Part shown: positions 31,616 to 32,000 of the stretch, piece after piece
Layout: each line of letters starts with the position of its first letter
How positions within the stretch are numbered: the stretch's first letter is position 1
Assembly (NCBI RefSeq): GCF_004376175.1
Contig: NZ_SNUY01000002.1
Coordinates: 103,051-135,050 of the forward strand
Length of the DNA: 32,000 nt
Direction of reading: 5' to 3'
Source: Halalkalibacterium halodurans
Lineage (GTDB): Bacteria; Bacillota; Bacilli; Bacillales; Bacillaceae_D
Position numbers and translations under genes: made by a program
The notes under the pieces: model-generated
What the model was told of the DNA's origin: nothing
The model's database searches: none
The model's input: only the letters and a program-made list of their open reading frames with translations

Positions 31616-32000
31616 TTACAGATGTTCACGTATGGATGAGGATAATACTTGTAGATCATCTCCCGAATATTGACTACTATGATCTTTCCAAACAGCCCCA
31701 TATCCGTCTCCTTCACCATATCGTGGAAGAAGATGAAGATGATAATGGAAAACCGTTTGTCCAGCCGCCTCCCCGTTATTATTGACAATATTCATTCCAA
31801 TGGGTTGAAAGGCATCATTAATCGCGCGGCTAATTTTTGGTACCGCTGCAAATAGTGAGCTGGCTATTTCTTCAGATAGCTCAAACACATTCCGCTTATG
31901 TACTTTAGGAATGACGAGCGTATGACCTTTTGTAACTTGGCTAATATCGAGAAAGGCATAGACGTGGTCGTCCTCATATACGGTTGCAGAAGGAATTTCT
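31616..32000 (-). CDS. hit: HIT-family nucleotide hydrolase (Hit/HinT), 5' end outside window
   Basis: Histidine triad HYHLHLLPR. The frame stays open upstream of the listed GTG (…EIPSATVYEDDHVYAFLDISQVTKGHTLVIPKVHKRNVFEL...) to the window edge. It is adjacent to serC, as in B. subtilis. Confidence 0.85.
   Translation of the reverse strand, partial: EIPSATVYEDDHVYAFLDISQVTKGHTLVIPKVHKRNVFELSEEIASSLFAAVPKISRAINDAFQPIGMNIVNNNGEAAGQTVFHYHLHLLPRYGEGDGYGAVWKDHSSQYSGDDLQVLSSSIREHL

Noticed and set aside
1-32000. Search for CRISPR arrays, rRNA or tRNA genes, prophage genes or defence-island genes.
   Set aside because: I saw no regularly spaced direct repeats, no rRNA-like or cloverleaf-like segments, and no nuclease, helicase, methylase or toxin-antitoxin-like gene pairs. 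Almost all space is filled by recognisable housekeeping, transport or regulatory genes.

Overview
This is a chromosomal segment of a Bacillaceae genome with visibly moderate G+C. It is colinear with the Bacillus subtilis yhaX-hemZ / yheIH(bmrCD) / yhaQP / yhaM-yhaL-prsA / hpr-yhaH-serC-hit neighbourhood. The very acidic PrsA tail and the IS1182-type elements hint at an alkaliphilic Halalkalibacterium/Alkalihalobacillus-like host, but that is tentative.

Reading left to right, the window contains:
- a Cof-type HAD hydrolase (5' end cut by the window edge) and hemZ
- an OmpR-type response regulator with a large multi-TM histidine kinase that is split by a frameshift
- a leader-peptide/terminator attenuator in front of a bmrC-bmrD heterodimeric ABC exporter
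- a solute-binding-protein gene remnant and an unlisted 59-aa ORF
- a membrane protein, YtrA-type GntR regulator and ABC ATPase module (ATPase apparently frameshifted), followed by a NatAB/YhaQP-like ABC pair
- a MifM-like arrest peptide with yidC2
- a Tyr/Pro-rich small protein
- an intact IS1182-family element
- a second two-component system with an MFS exporter
- yhaM, yhaL, prsA and two tandem tiny YjcZ-type TM peptides
- a second, divergent IS1182-family element
- several small membrane proteins, hpr(scoC), yhaH, serC and hit (cut by the window edge)

I recognised no rRNA, tRNA or CRISPR array. I did not find a convincing novel multi-gene system such as a defence or toxin module.

The items most worth a second look are cis-regulatory or structural:
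- the MifM-yidC2 SD-sequestering stem
- the BmrB-like attenuator and a second mini-uORF
- two single-base frameshifts at homopolymers
- the unusual hairpin/palindrome arrangement at the ends of both IS elements
- long-range stems that mask both transposase ribosome-binding sites
- an uncharacterised Tyr/Pro-rich tail-anchored protein
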